NCBI GenBank assembly: GCA_038733315.1
Contig: JAVYPJ010000002.1
Coordinates: forward strand, 1-64,000
Length of the DNA stretch: 64,000 nucleotides
Source of the DNA: Candidatus Aenigmatarchaeota archaeon
GTDB taxonomy: Archaea > Aenigmatarchaeota > Aenigmatarchaeia > CG10238-14 > SpSt-28
Direction of reading: 5' to 3'
The notes beneath the pieces were generated by a model. The model was not told the origin of the DNA. It ran no database searches and saw only the letters and a program-made list of their open reading frames with translations. Made by a program: the position numbers and the translations under genes. This document shows positions 30,031 through 39,847 of this stretch, piece after piece. Each line of letters begins with the position of its first letter. Within the stretch, counting starts at the first letter, position 1.

Positions 30031-30535
30031 TATAATTTATATTTTAGTTTTCGCTTATTTGCTTAAAATTCTTGTTGATTTGTTGCGGGGAGAAGCTATA
30101 TACGTTCCATTACCTAAGAGCACAATAAGGAAAATGCTAAGATTAGCAAAAGTAAATAAAAATGATATAGTTTACGATTTAGGTAGTGGTGATGGAAAGG
30201 TTTTGAGAATTGCCATAAAAGAATTTAAAGTGAAAAAAGCAGTTGGAATAGAAAAATCTTTAATTTTAGTTTTAATATCTAAATTCTTAAATAAAATTTA
30301 TAGGTTAGAAAATAAAATAGAAATAAGGTGGGGTGATTTTTTAAAAGAAAACATTTCAGATGCAACAGTTATAATTCTTTATTTAAATTTTGGGATAATG
30401 AAAAAATTGGAGAAAAAAATTATAAAGGAATGTAAAAATGTTAGGATTGTTAGTGCGGCGCACAAATTTCCTAATTTAAAGTATAAGAAAAGATTTAAAA
30501 CTGGGCATTTTTATTCTTATCTCTATGAACTTTGA
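30017..30535 (+). CDS. Class I SAM-dependent methyltransferase with N-terminal TM
   Basis: YVP, YDLGSGDG, GIE, GDF motifs. Confidence 0.88.
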   Translation: MNLISIIYILVFAYLLKILVDLLRGEAIYVPLPKSTIRKMLRLAKVNKNDIVYDLGSGDGKVLRIAIKEFKVKKAVGIEKSLILVLISKFLNKIYRLENKIEIRWGDFLKENISDATVIILYLNFGIMKKLEKKIIKECKNVRIVSAAHKFPNLKYKKRFKTGHFYSYLYEL

Positions 30536-30690
30536 GTTTTAAACTCTACATAATGACATTTTCCACAATATCTTCTGTTAGCATGCTCAGCTAAAAAGCT
30601 TCCACATTTCGGGCAAATTTTTCTTAATCTTTCTAACTTATTCTCAGTAATTTTATATAAGCTATGAACTTTAACTGTTTTGTGTTTCAT
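30523..30690 (-). CDS. rps27ae: 30S ribosomal protein S27ae
   Basis: Not in the ORF track (55 aa): LYKITENKLERLRKICPKCGSFLAEHANRRYCGKC; follows rps24e. Confidence 0.93.
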   Translation of the reverse strand: MKHKTVKVHSLYKITENKLERLRKICPKCGSFLAEHANRRYCGKCHYVEFKTQSS

Positions 30691-30928
30691 GTTTTTTAGC
30701 TGGTAAAACTTCGTATATTTTTATTTTGGCTTTTGCTTTTGATAGGCCTCGATAAGATAATATGTAATCTATCTCTACTTTATCTTTATCTACATTAAAC
30801 TTATTAGAAATTTCATTAGCCAATTCTTCTCTGCTTGGCGTAGGTTTTGAAGTATGATCAATTTCTATTATCAGCTCTTTTCTTTTTAAAATGTTATTAT
30901 TCTTCTCTTGTAGTACTTTTATCTCCAT
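30671..30928 (-). CDS. rps24e: 30S ribosomal protein S24e
   Basis: NNILKRKE, PTPSREE, AKIKIY; conserved gene context. Confidence 0.92.
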   Translation of the reverse strand: MEIKVLQEKNNNILKRKELIIEIDHTSKPTPSREELANEISNKFNVDKDKVEIDYILSYRGLSKAKAKIKIYEVLPAKKHETQNS

Positions 30929-30967
30929 ATCTTTTTAGAATATTTAGAAAAATATTTAAATGTTTGT

Positions 30968-31159
30968 TTACGCAACAAATATAGTATATCTTCCTCTTGA
31001 ATTTAAATTCATTACTTTTGCAATCTCGCTTTTTTCGGCATCTATTACATATATAAAACCTTTCCAGTTCTTTGTTAAATCCTTAGATTTACATCTAGGG
31101 CATTCCTTTTCTGTTGTTAGAGTTTTGCAGTTTCTACATGCTAAAACTATCTTTGCCAT
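30968..31159 (-). CDS. spt4: Transcription elongation factor Spt4 (RpoE'')
   Basis: ACRNC...CPRC...WKG..D..SEIA. Confidence 0.92.
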   Translation of the reverse strand: MAKIVLACRNCKTLTTEKECPRCKSKDLTKNWKGFIYVIDAEKSEIAKVMNLNSRGRYTIFVA

Positions 31160-31161
31160 AA

Positions 31162-31707
31162 TTATTTCTTTTTAGTCTTTTTTTCTTTTTCAATCCATTT
31201 TATATTTCCTAACCCAGGTTGTCTCATAGTTAAACCGACTTTAAATACATTTTGCTCATAGCTTACTGAAATAATTCTCGCTATAACCTCATCATCTAAT
31301 TTTAACGTTTTTTTGGAGTTTTTTGCCAAAAATATTTTATTCTTTTCGTCAAAACTCATATAATCGTCTACGATTTGACTTATATGACAAAAGGCATCTA
31401 ATGCGCCTATTCTTATGATCGCACCATTTCTATTCGCATCTATAACTTTTCCATAAACAATTTCCCCTACTTCTGGAAAATAAACCAAACATTCAAAAGT
31501 TACTTCGAAATATATGTTTGGGTTAAGAGGTATTAATTTACCTTCAGAATAGCTTATTAGTTTCAAAATTTTAAGAATAATACCATTTCTATTAATAGTT
31601 TTTTCAAACTTTTCTTTTATAGAATTTAGTAAGGATTTTTCTATATCGTCGCTCAATTTTTTTGGCTGTAATTCTACAACATCTTTAATCTTTAAAATTT
31701 TGAACAT
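31162..31707 (-). CDS. rpoE1: DNA-directed RNA polymerase subunit E' (Rpo7)
   Basis: PEVGEIVYG, HISQIVDD, LTMRQPGLG. Confidence 0.93.
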   Translation of the reverse strand: MFKILKIKDVVELQPKKLSDDIEKSLLNSIKEKFEKTINRNGIILKILKLISYSEGKLIPLNPNIYFEVTFECLVYFPEVGEIVYGKVIDANRNGAIIRIGALDAFCHISQIVDDYMSFDEKNKIFLAKNSKKTLKLDDEVIARIISVSYEQNVFKVGLTMRQPGLGNIKWIEKEKKTKKK

Positions 31708-31809
31708 TAATATATATTAATAAAAAAATTTAAAATAAAAAAGTTTTTGTATTATGATATAATATGTATTTTAAGAAGGGGATTATAAAGAAATTATAAA
31801 TATATTTGG

Positions 31810-32265
31810 ATGGAAAACAATTTTATTATGGTGAATAAAAACAAAGCGATAAGCGAAGTTTTAGCAATGCTTTTAATGATAGTAATAGTAGTAGGTTTAA
31901 TAGGCGTAGTATACTTTTTTATAAGTGGAATGGTTGCCAGGCAAACAGCCGGTGTGCTTCAGGTTGGAGGGGCATATTGTAATATAGCAAATAGTAGACT
32001 AGAGGTTCTAGTAACAAACGTCGGAACTACAACAATTCCAGCTAGTGATATTAAGGTCTTTGTTGGAGGTAATTTAATTCAGAGTATAGAGATTAAGCAA
32101 GAAGATAAGCAGAATAATATACCAAATAATAATATAGATCCTGGTATGTCTTTCTGGGTTTTAATTAATGATGTAGGTGGGGGTAATGCACCGAAAGCAG
32201 GAAAAACATATAGAGGTCAGGTGGTTTACGCAGGAAAAGCAGTAGATTTTATAATTTATTGTTAA
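31810..32265 (+). CDS. Archaeal type IV pilin (probable major pilin; start may be 31828)
   Basis: KNKA|ISEVLAMLLMIVIVVGLIGVVY class III signal; VTNVG; DPG. Confidence 0.88.
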   Translation: MENNFIMVNKNKAISEVLAMLLMIVIVVGLIGVVYFFISGMVARQTAGVLQVGGAYCNIANSRLEVLVTNVGTTTIPASDIKVFVGGNLIQSIEIKQEDKQNNIPNNNIDPGMSFWVLINDVGGGNAPKAGKTYRGQVVYAGKAVDFIIYC

Positions 32266-32936
32266 TCATAAGTCTTACAACTCCTCCTTATTTTACATTT
32301 TTTACATAAAGGTTTCTTAGGTAAGCAAATTGTTTGTCCATAACTAACAAGAATTTTATTGTATCTACTTTTTAAATTCTTCGAAATTATTTTTTCTAGT
32401 ATTTCTTCACTTTCCTTTAAATTTTTTGTTCTAATAATTCCTATTCTGTTCGAAATTCTATGTACATGCGTGTCGACAGCAATGCAAGGAATATTAAAGA
32501 CTTCGCTTAAAATAACTTTTGCAACCTTATTGCCTATGCCAGGTAATTTAGTTAACTCTTTTAAATCTTCAGGAATTTTCCCTCCATATTTCTCAATAAT
32601 TTCTCTGGCAAGTTTTTTCAAAATCTTAGCCTTATTTCTATAAAATCCTATTCCATAAACAATCTTTTCAAGTTCTTTCAAATCAATTTCAACCAAATCC
32701 TTCCAATTTTTAACTCTTCTAAACAACTTTCTACAAACTTCAATTGTTATTTTATCTTTTGTTCTTGTACTTAAAACAGCAAAAACAACAATTTTAAACG
32801 CATCGTTATCAACAACCTTTTCTTTTTGAAATACAGGAGCTTTAAGTCTTTTAGCCTCTTTTTCCATTATTTCAAGAATTTTTTCCAATTTCTTAATATC
32901 CATAAAAACGTTATGCTTACTATCTTTATTAATCAT
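32262..32936 (-). CDS. nth: Endonuclease III
   Basis: LSTRTKD, HhH LPGIGNKVA, VDTHVHRI, C-x6-C-x2-C-x5-C Fe-S motif. Confidence 0.95.
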   Translation of the reverse strand: MINKDSKHNVFMDIKKLEKILEIMEKEAKRLKAPVFQKEKVVDNDAFKIVVFAVLSTRTKDKITIEVCRKLFRRVKNWKDLVEIDLKELEKIVYGIGFYRNKAKILKKLAREIIEKYGGKIPEDLKELTKLPGIGNKVAKVILSEVFNIPCIAVDTHVHRISNRIGIIRTKNLKESEEILEKIISKNLKSRYNKILVSYGQTICLPKKPLCKKCKIRRSCKTYD

Positions 32937-32973
32937 TAAAAAATATTTATAATCACCAATAGATAATAACTTT

Positions 32974-33240
32974 ATGACATTAGAAGATACACTACTATTA
33001 TGTAGCGAAAACTATTTAGAATTTAAGAAAAGTGCAGAAGAAGCTGTAAATAAAGATGAAAAAATTAAATACTATAAAAAAGCGTTGTTTTGGTTAGAGA
33101 CATATGTTGCCGCTATAAATATATTAATAGCTGAGAAAAATGCTAAAAGCGATGAAGAATTAGAAAAGGTTGAAAAAGCTAAAAAGGCTTTAATAAACAA
33201 ACTATCTAATTATTTAAATGAAATTGTTAAAGATTTATAA
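32974..33240 (+). CDS. Hypothetical helical protein
   Basis: ORF track 88 aa. Confidence 0.6.
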   Translation: MTLEDTLLLCSENYLEFKKSAEEAVNKDEKIKYYKKALFWLETYVAAINILIAEKNAKSDEELEKVEKAKKALINKLSNYLNEIVKDL

Positions 33241-33245
33241 TTTTT

Positions 33246-33593
33246 ATGTCTTGCATATTTTGTGAAATAATAGAGATAAAAAGACAAGCCGAAATAATAT
33301 ACGAAGACGAAAAAGTTTTAGTGTTTAAAGATATAAATCCGCAAGCACCAATACATCTTTTAATAATACCAAAGAAGCATATCTCAGGAATTCAAGAAAT
33401 AAAAGAAGAAGATATAGAAATTGTTGGCTACATGTTTTTTATAGCAAGAAAAATAGCAGAAGATTTAAAAATAAATAATTATGAAAGCGGATATAGACTA
33501 GTTTTTAACGTAGGTAAATATGCTGGCCAATCTATCTTTCATTTGCATTTGCATTTATTAGCTGGAAGAAGATTTATGTGGCCTCCAGGATAA
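33246..33593 (+). CDS. HIT family (Hint-like) nucleotide-binding protein
   Basis: CIFC, DINPQAPIH, GQSIFHLHLHLL. Confidence 0.95.
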   Translation: MSCIFCEIIEIKRQAEIIYEDEKVLVFKDINPQAPIHLLIIPKKHISGIQEIKEEDIEIVGYMFFIARKIAEDLKINNYESGYRLVFNVGKYAGQSIFHLHLHLLAGRRFMWPPG

Positions 33594-33911
33594 TTTTTTT
33601 GGTTTATAAGGATATCTTTTTACATATCCGCATTTTAAGCAAGTAATATTTATAGTTTTATGATTCTTATTCAATCTAACTCTTGCGGTCTTTCCAATTA
33701 CCAAAGGAATAAAACATTTTTTGCAAAAATATTTTTTTAACCATTTTAACCTAAAATTTGTTTTTAGTGCAATTGTTCTAACAAGCTGCATATATTTTTT
33801 TGCAAGCTCTTCATCCCCTTCTTCCAATTTTTTAAAGGCCAAATCCAATAAAATTTCTATTCTTTCCTTTGCAATTTTTTTGTAAAATGTTTTTAGTTGT
33901 GCTCTTCTCAT
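33558..33911 (-). CDS. rnp4: Ribonuclease P protein component 4 (Rpp21)
   Basis: IAKERIEIL, FCKKC, CLKCG..KRYP. Confidence 0.92.
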   Translation of the reverse strand: MRRAQLKTFYKKIAKERIEILLDLAFKKLEEGDEELAKKYMQLVRTIALKTNFRLKWLKKYFCKKCFIPLVIGKTARVRLNKNHKTINITCLKCGYVKRYPYKPKKLSWRPHKSSSS

Positions 33912-33963
33912 AACATACCATAGACAATAGAAACCAATATTTAACTTTTGAATTCAAAATATT

Positions 33964-34365
33964 ATGGAAAGATTAGATATTAGAGAAATAGAGACTCAAA
34001 AAACACAATCAATAAGCGAAATTTTTGTTAGACAAATCTTAGAGAGAATAGATTTTATTGATGTTCTAATCTTAAAGAAGTTTTATTTAACTGGCAAAAA
34101 TTTTCCAAATGACGTTCAACCATATTGTTTCCCTTTTTTATATACCGAACTAAAAAATCAACATCAAATAAATTTAACCTTAGAAGGTTTGAGAAAAAGG
34201 TTAAATACCTTAGTTAACTTAGGATTGTTAAAAAAAGTAGAAAGAACAAATCCATCTGTTTATTTCCCAAAAGAAGATATGAAAGAGATTGCAAGAAGAA
34301 TAATTTTTAAATTCTTTGAAAGATATGGTTTCGAAAGCTTAATTAACGATTTAGTAAAAAAGTAG
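33964..34365 (+). CDS. Winged-helix domain hypothetical protein
   Basis: LTLEGLRKRLNTLVNLGLLKKV wHTH-like segment. Confidence 0.65.
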   Translation: MERLDIREIETQKTQSISEIFVRQILERIDFIDVLILKKFYLTGKNFPNDVQPYCFPFLYTELKNQHQINLTLEGLRKRLNTLVNLGLLKKVERTNPSVYFPKEDMKEIARRIIFKFFERYGFESLINDLVKK

Positions 34366-34366
34366 C

Positions 34367-34789
34367 ATGCATCTGAAAGTAAAGAAATTGAGTGAAAGCG
34401 CTAAGCTACCTGAAAGAAAAAGAATTGGCGATGCTGGCTTAGATTTATATTGCATAGAAAGTTTTGAAATTAATCCAAAAGAAATAAAATTAGTTTCTAC
34501 TGGAATAGCTGTAGAGATTCCTAAGGGATATGTCGGAATAATAAAAGATAGAAGTGGATTAGCAATTAAGGGCTTACATGTTTTAGCTGGGGTAGTTGAT
34601 GAAAATTATAGAGGAGAAGTTAAAGTAGTTTTAATAAATTTAGGCAACGAAAAGCTTTCAATAGAAAAAAATTCTAGAATAGCTCAGTTATTAATAATTC
34701 CATATTTAAATTGCGATGTTATAGAGGTTAACGAGCTAAGCGAAAGTAATAGAGGAGAAAAAGGATTCGGAAGCACCGGAATTGCTTAA
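34367..34789 (+). CDS. dut: Trimeric dUTP diphosphatase
   Basis: DAGLDL, DRSGLA, GVVDENYRGE, RIAQL, RGEKGFGSTG. Confidence 0.96.
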   Translation: MHLKVKKLSESAKLPERKRIGDAGLDLYCIESFEINPKEIKLVSTGIAVEIPKGYVGIIKDRSGLAIKGLHVLAGVVDENYRGEVKVVLINLGNEKLSIEKNSRIAQLLIIPYLNCDVIEVNELSESNRGEKGFGSTGIA

Positions 34790-34815
34790 ATATTTTTAAG
34801 CATTAATATCTTTAA

Positions 34816-34980
34816 ATGGTAATTGTTTGTACTTCGTGCAACAAAAAAATATCGATAGGAGAAAATTATAGCAAATTTTATTGCCCAAATTGTCAAGAGT
34901 TCGAAATTATAAGATGCAAGGCTTGTAAAAAATCCATAGTAACATATATTTGCCCAAATTGTGGATTTAAAGGTCCTTAA
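34816..34980 (+). CDS. Small zinc-ribbon protein (DUF1610/HVO_2753-like)
   Basis: Not in the ORF track (54 aa): CTSC...FYCPNC...IIRCKAC...YICPNCGFKGP; directly upstream of EF-1beta, as is usual in archaea. Confidence 0.9.
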   Translation: MVIVCTSCNKKISIGENYSKFYCPNCQEFEIIRCKACKKSIVTYICPNCGFKGP

Positions 34981-35007
34981 TATTTATTTTTTATCCACTT
35001 AAATATA

Positions 35008-35250
35008 ATGGGGAAAGTAATAGTTACGATAAGAGTAATTCCTGAAAATGAAAGTCAAGAAAAAGAAGTAGTTGAAAAGGTAAAGCCTGAAAAGTACTAT
35101 AAAAAACCTTTTGTTTTTGGTGTAGAGGCATTGTATATAGAAAAGATTATAGGTGACGAAGCTGGTGAGATTGAAAAGGTTGAAAAAATTTTAAATGAAA
35201 TAGGAGTAAGCTATGAAATAGAAAACATTACAAGGATTTTTATTGATTAA
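35008..35250 (+). CDS. ef1b: Elongation factor 1-beta
   Basis: MGKVIVTIRVIPE, PFVFGVEAL; gene context. Confidence 0.85.
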   Translation: MGKVIVTIRVIPENESQEKEVVEKVKPEKYYKKPFVFGVEALYIEKIIGDEAGEIEKVEKILNEIGVSYEIENITRIFID

Positions 35251-36001
35251 TTCAAAAATTACTTTTATGATAAGTAGAGACAAAAAATATTTATTTTTAG
35301 CTTTTGACCATTGCGTTGAGCATGGCGTTCACACATATGAAAACATAGATTTAAACCCAAAAAGAATTGTAAAAATAGCTGAAAAGGCTAAGGTAGATGC
35401 CATAATAGCTCATATAGGTTCAATTATTTTTTCTAAGCCAAAGATACCAATAATATTAAAGGTTACTGGAAAAACTGAATTGGTTGAAGATAATCATCAA
35501 ATCCAAACTATTTTTGTTTGTGAGGAAGAAATAGTAAGGTTAAAGAAAAAGTTTAAACTAATTGGTTTAGCAGCAACGATTTATGTTGGTTCAGATTTTG
35601 AAAGCAAAATGATAGAGAATTTTATAAAGATTAAAGAAATTGCATTAAAGAATAATCTAATTGTTACTGGATTTTTTTATCCAAGAACAAAGAAATTCGA
35701 TAGATATAGCTACGAAGCAATTTCCTATTCAGCTAGAGTTGGTTGTGAGTTAAATGCAGATATAATAAAAACTTACTATACTGGATCTATTGAAACTTTT
35801 AGGAAAGTTATTAAAAACTGTTTTAAACCAATAGTTGTGGCTGGAGGAAAGTTAATAGAGGAAGAAGAATTTTTAAAAATTGTAAAAGATGTTATGAAAG
35901 CTGGAGCTTCTGGAATAGCCGTTGGCAGAAACGTTTGGCAAAGAGAAGATAAAGAAGCAATAGAATTGCTTAAAGAGCTAAAAGAGATAGTTCACTCTTA
36001 A
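35243..36001 (+). CDS. Class I (DhnA-type) fructose-bisphosphate aldolase family
   Basis: AFDHCVEHG, YPR, ADIIKTYY, VAGG, AVGRNVWQ. Confidence 0.9.
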   Translation: MINSKITFMISRDKKYLFLAFDHCVEHGVHTYENIDLNPKRIVKIAEKAKVDAIIAHIGSIIFSKPKIPIILKVTGKTELVEDNHQIQTIFVCEEEIVRLKKKFKLIGLAATIYVGSDFESKMIENFIKIKEIALKNNLIVTGFFYPRTKKFDRYSYEAISYSARVGCELNADIIKTYYTGSIETFRKVIKNCFKPIVVAGGKLIEEEEFLKIVKDVMKAGASGIAVGRNVWQREDKEAIELLKELKEIVHS

Positions 36002-36002
36002 T

Positions 36003-36611
36003 ATGCTATTATCCGATAAAAAAATAAAAGAATATGTAAAGGAGGGAAAAATTATGATTACCCCTTTTGAAGAATCTCAGCTTGGACCATCTAGCTATGA
36101 TTTAAGGCTTGGATTTAAATTCAGAGTTTTTAGAAATATTGGAGACGCATATATAGATCCTAAGAGTTTTAATGACGAATTAATCAGTAAAGAAGAGAGT
36201 GAAGATAGCATTATTTACCATTACAAATATACAGATTTATTTCAATTAAAGAGTGAGAATTCTGTTTTTGTAATTCATCCATATGAATTTGTTTTAGCTT
36301 CAATATATGAATACATAAAACTAAGCGATAACATTGCAGCTCAAATTCAAGGAAGAAGCTCTTTTGCAAGATTAGGCTTAATAATTCATACTTCAGCAGG
36401 CTGGATAGATCCCGGATATTCTGGCTATTTAACGCTAGAAATGTTTAATGTAAACAAAAAACCAATAGTTTTAAGACCTCTAATGAAAATAGCTCAAATT
36501 TCTTTTTTCGAGGTTAATAGTGTGGAAGTTCCTTATTATAAAAGAAAAACATCTAAATATATGAATGAAGAAGGGGCAGAATCTTCAAAAATTTCAAAGG
36601 ATTTTGAATAA
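36003..36611 (+). CDS. dcd: dCTP deaminase
   Basis: PSSYDLRL, GRSSFARLG, IDPGYSGYLTLE. Confidence 0.93.
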   Translation: MLLSDKKIKEYVKEGKIMITPFEESQLGPSSYDLRLGFKFRVFRNIGDAYIDPKSFNDELISKEESEDSIIYHYKYTDLFQLKSENSVFVIHPYEFVLASIYEYIKLSDNIAAQIQGRSSFARLGLIIHTSAGWIDPGYSGYLTLEMFNVNKKPIVLRPLMKIAQISFFEVNSVEVPYYKRKTSKYMNEEGAESSKISKDFE

Positions 36612-36838
36612 TGGTTAGGAAATGGAAAAAAGTTAATAATAAATGCATTGTATGTAATAAAGAAATAGCGAAAATAAAGCTAGAAAATGGAAAAGTCGAA
36701 ATTCTTGAAAAAACAAATTATTTTGGAAGTTTTGTTAAAGTTAAAGGAAGCGGAGAGCTAAGAGTAATTTGCAGGAATTGCCAAAAAAATTTGGATAAGC
36801 AAAAAAAGAAGTATTTAGAATTTATTAAAACAACTTAG
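36611..36838 (+). CDS. Small zinc-finger hypothetical protein
   Basis: CIVC...CRNC; coupled to dcd. Confidence 0.6.
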   Translation: MVRKWKKVNNKCIVCNKEIAKIKLENGKVEILEKTNYFGSFVKVKGSGELRVICRNCQKNLDKQKKKYLEFIKTT

Positions 36839-37548
36839 ATTTTTAACCAAAGATCTAAAGCGCTAGATTTTTGCTGAAGTATATTTTTTAATTGAAACTC
36901 TATTTTTCCATCTGTACTAATACCTATTAAAGCATAATTCCCTTCTGAAAATTTTCCTGGATTAATTATCAAAGTATTTCCAAGCATGTCATATCCTCTA
37001 GCTTCTAATATATGAGAGCATATGGCTAAGTTTATTTTATTTTTTAAAATAAAGTTTCTAATCTCTTCACTACCAACATGACTGCCACTAACTAAATCCA
37101 ATCTAGTATCTTTTGGTGGCATATGAGTTACTAAAACTTTTATATCCACATTTTTAACCTTTTCGTATAAGCTATTTAAATAAACTTTGAACTCCTTTTC
37201 GCTTGGTTCGAGAGATGTAGATTTTATAGGAGTTCTTGCACCCCCATAGCCGAAAAAAGCAATGTTATCAAAAATAAAAAAATTATTATGAATAAATGTT
37301 GAATGTTTTCTAAAGACATCGAATATTTTACCATCATTATTCCCTGGAATTGTTATTATTGGCTTATTAACAATCTTAAACATTTCTAATATAGTTTCAG
37401 CGATAAACTCACTATCATCACTACTTCCGAGCAAATCTCCATTAAAAACTAAGCAATCAAAAGCTTCGTTTTCTGAAATCCATAGCAAAAAACTAAGGAT
37501 GTTTTCAGTTTCTGAATGAATATCTGCTATAGAAACAATTTTATGCAT
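36835..37548 (-). CDS. Calcineurin-like metallophosphoesterase
   Basis: ADIH, GD, PGNND, THMPP, HVGS, SHILE, NPG. Confidence 0.9.
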   Translation of the reverse strand: MHKIVSIADIHSETENILSFLLWISENEAFDCLVFNGDLLGSSDDSEFIAETILEMFKIVNKPIITIPGNNDGKIFDVFRKHSTFIHNNFFIFDNIAFFGYGGARTPIKSTSLEPSEKEFKVYLNSLYEKVKNVDIKVLVTHMPPKDTRLDLVSGSHVGSEEIRNFILKNKINLAICSHILEARGYDMLGNTLIINPGKFSEGNYALIGISTDGKIEFQLKNILQQKSSALDLWLKI

Positions 37549-37580
37549 AATATTTTTAAATAAATTTTTAAATATTATCT

Positions 37581-38282
37581 ATGGGAAAAAGGCCAATAAT
37601 TAGAGCTAGGGGAAAAGGAGGGCCGAGATATTTAGCACCTTCTCATAGATTTTTCTGTAAATATACATATCCATTAATTTTTGAAAAAATGTATGGAAAA
37701 GTTATAGATATTGTTCATACAATTGAAAGGACAGCTCCAATAGCTATTGTTAAATTAAATAGTGGCCAAATATTCTATCAAATTGCTCCAGATGGTATTA
37801 AAACTGGTGATACAATTTCTATTAATGGTGAGCCAAGTATAGGCAGTGTTTTAATGCTAAAAGATATTCCAGATGGTTCAAAAATTTATGGCATAGAGAA
37901 GTTTCCAGGTAGCGGACCAAAGATTTGTAGAGCAGCTGGGAGTTGCGCAATTTTAATAGGCAAATCAGAGAAGGTTGCTAAAATTCAATTACCAAGCGGA
38001 AGAGTTATAGAATTGGATGTTAGATGTAGAGCGAGCATTGGAATGCCAGCTGGCTATGGAAGGCAAGAAAAGCCATTTCTAAAAGCTGGTAAAAAGTATT
38101 ATGCAATGAAAGCAAGGAATAAAAAATGGCCTATTGTTAGCGCTAGCAAAATGAATCCTGTAGACCATCCATGGGGAGGAAAAAGTAAAAGGCCAAAAAT
38201 TTCTAAACAAACATCTGCAAGAATGCCATTAAAAGTAGGTAGCGTAGGGCCAAAATATTGGAAAAAAAGAAAGAAAAAATAA
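37581..38282 (+). CDS. rpl2: 50S ribosomal protein L2
   Basis: MGKRPIIRARGKG, KPFLKAG, MNPVDHPWGG. Confidence 0.96.
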   Translation: MGKRPIIRARGKGGPRYLAPSHRFFCKYTYPLIFEKMYGKVIDIVHTIERTAPIAIVKLNSGQIFYQIAPDGIKTGDTISINGEPSIGSVLMLKDIPDGSKIYGIEKFPGSGPKICRAAGSCAILIGKSEKVAKIQLPSGRVIELDVRCRASIGMPAGYGRQEKPFLKAGKKYYAMKARNKKWPIVSASKMNPVDHPWGGKSKRPKISKQTSARMPLKVGSVGPKYWKKRKKK

Positions 38283-38302
38283 ATTATTTAACTTAATAAT
38301 TT

Positions 38303-39829
38303 ATGTCATACGGATTAAGAGAGGATATTTTAAATAGGTTAAAAACCTATAAAGAATTAAAAGAAAAAATTGAAGACCCTTTTCTTATAACAAAGTTTGA
38401 AATTTCGAATTCAGTAGAAGAAATAGTAAAAAAACAGGAAAATTTTTTAGATAAAAATGTAAGAGTTGCTGGAAGAATTTTGGCAATAAGAAGGCATGGA
38501 AGCTTAGTTTTTTATGATTTGTATGATAATGGCTTTAGAATTCAATTAGCTGTTACAAAAGACAAAACGAAAAATTTTGATTATGTAAAAGAATACATTC
38601 AAAGAGGAGATATAGTTGGTTGTGAGGGAATTGTTGGAAAAACTAAGAAAGGTGAGCTAACGATTTTTTGCAATGAAATAAAAATTTTAGCTAAGGCTCT
38701 ATTTACTTTACCCGATAAATGGTTCGGATTAGAAGATATAGAAGAAAGATATAGAAAGAGGCATATAGATGTTATATTAAATGAAAATGTAAGGAAAAAT
38801 TTTGAATTTAAGGTTAAAACAATTCAATTCCTTAGAAATTATTTAATAGATAGGGGCTATTTAGATTTTTCACTCGAAATTCCACTACTTCAACCTATAT
38901 ATGGAGGAGCCTATGCAAAACCTTTTATTACTTATATAAACGATTTAAAAGAAAACTGGTTTTTGAGCATAAGCCCTGAAATATACTTAAAAATACTAAT
39001 AATTTCTGGATTTAATAAGGTTTTTGCAATTACAAAGAATTTTAGAAATGAAAGTATAGATGTAACTCATAATCCAGAATTTATTGGATTTGAATGGTAT
39101 GAGGCATATGCAGATAGAGAAAGTAAGTTAAAAGAAATAGAAGAGATGGTATATTTAGTAGCGAAAGAAATCTTTGGTAAAACAACAATTAAAAGAAGAG
39201 TAGGTAATAAGGAGTACGAAATAGATTTAAAGCCGCCATGGAAAAGAGAAAAAATGGTTGACTTAATTGCTCAGTATGCTGGAATAGATGTAGAAAGTGC
39301 TAGTGATGAAAAAATAAAAGAATTTTTGGAAAAGAACAATATACAACTAAAAGTTAAAGAATATAATAGGGGATTAGCGATAGAAGAAATTTTTGGAAAT
39401 TTTGTAGAAAAAAATTTAATAGAGCCAATTTTTGTTTTGGATTATCCAATTGAAACCACTCCGCTTTGCAAACCTTTAAAAGATAATCCTAATTTTGTTG
39501 AAAGAGCAGAAGGTTATATCTTTGGAATGGAAATATCGAATGTTTACAGCGAGCTAAATAATCCAATAGTTCAAAATAAATTATTTTACGAGCAGTCGAA
39601 AATGAGAGAGCTTGGTTTTGATGAAGCGCATGAATACGATAAAAATTTTGTAGAAGCTGTTATGGTAGGCATGCCACCTGCTGGAGGAGCTGGTTTGGGA
39701 ATAGATAGAGTTTTAATGATTTTATTAGAATTATATAGTATTAAAGAGGTAATATATTGGCCAATACTAAAAAAGAGGAACGAAAGTGAAGCAGTAGACA
39801 TTTTAACTAAGGAAACAATTTTTAAATAG
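38303..39829 (+). CDS. lysS: Lysine--tRNA ligase, class II
   Basis: OB-fold VAGRI, YGGAYAKPF, FRNESID.THNPEF, GMPPAGGAGLGIDR. Confidence 0.95.
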   Translation: MSYGLREDILNRLKTYKELKEKIEDPFLITKFEISNSVEEIVKKQENFLDKNVRVAGRILAIRRHGSLVFYDLYDNGFRIQLAVTKDKTKNFDYVKEYIQRGDIVGCEGIVGKTKKGELTIFCNEIKILAKALFTLPDKWFGLEDIEERYRKRHIDVILNENVRKNFEFKVKTIQFLRNYLIDRGYLDFSLEIPLLQPIYGGAYAKPFITYINDLKENWFLSISPEIYLKILIISGFNKVFAITKNFRNESIDVTHNPEFIGFEWYEAYADRESKLKEIEEMVYLVAKEIFGKTTIKRRVGNKEYEIDLKPPWKREKMVDLIAQYAGIDVESASDEKIKEFLEKNNIQLKVKEYNRGLAIEEIFGNFVEKNLIEPIFVLDYPIETTPLCKPLKDNPNFVERAEGYIFGMEISNVYSELNNPIVQNKLFYEQSKMRELGFDEAHEYDKNFVEAVMVGMPPAGGAGLGIDRVLMILLELYSIKEVIYWPILKKRNESEAVDILTKETIFK

Positions 39830-39847
39830 TAATGTTTTTTAGTTTAT

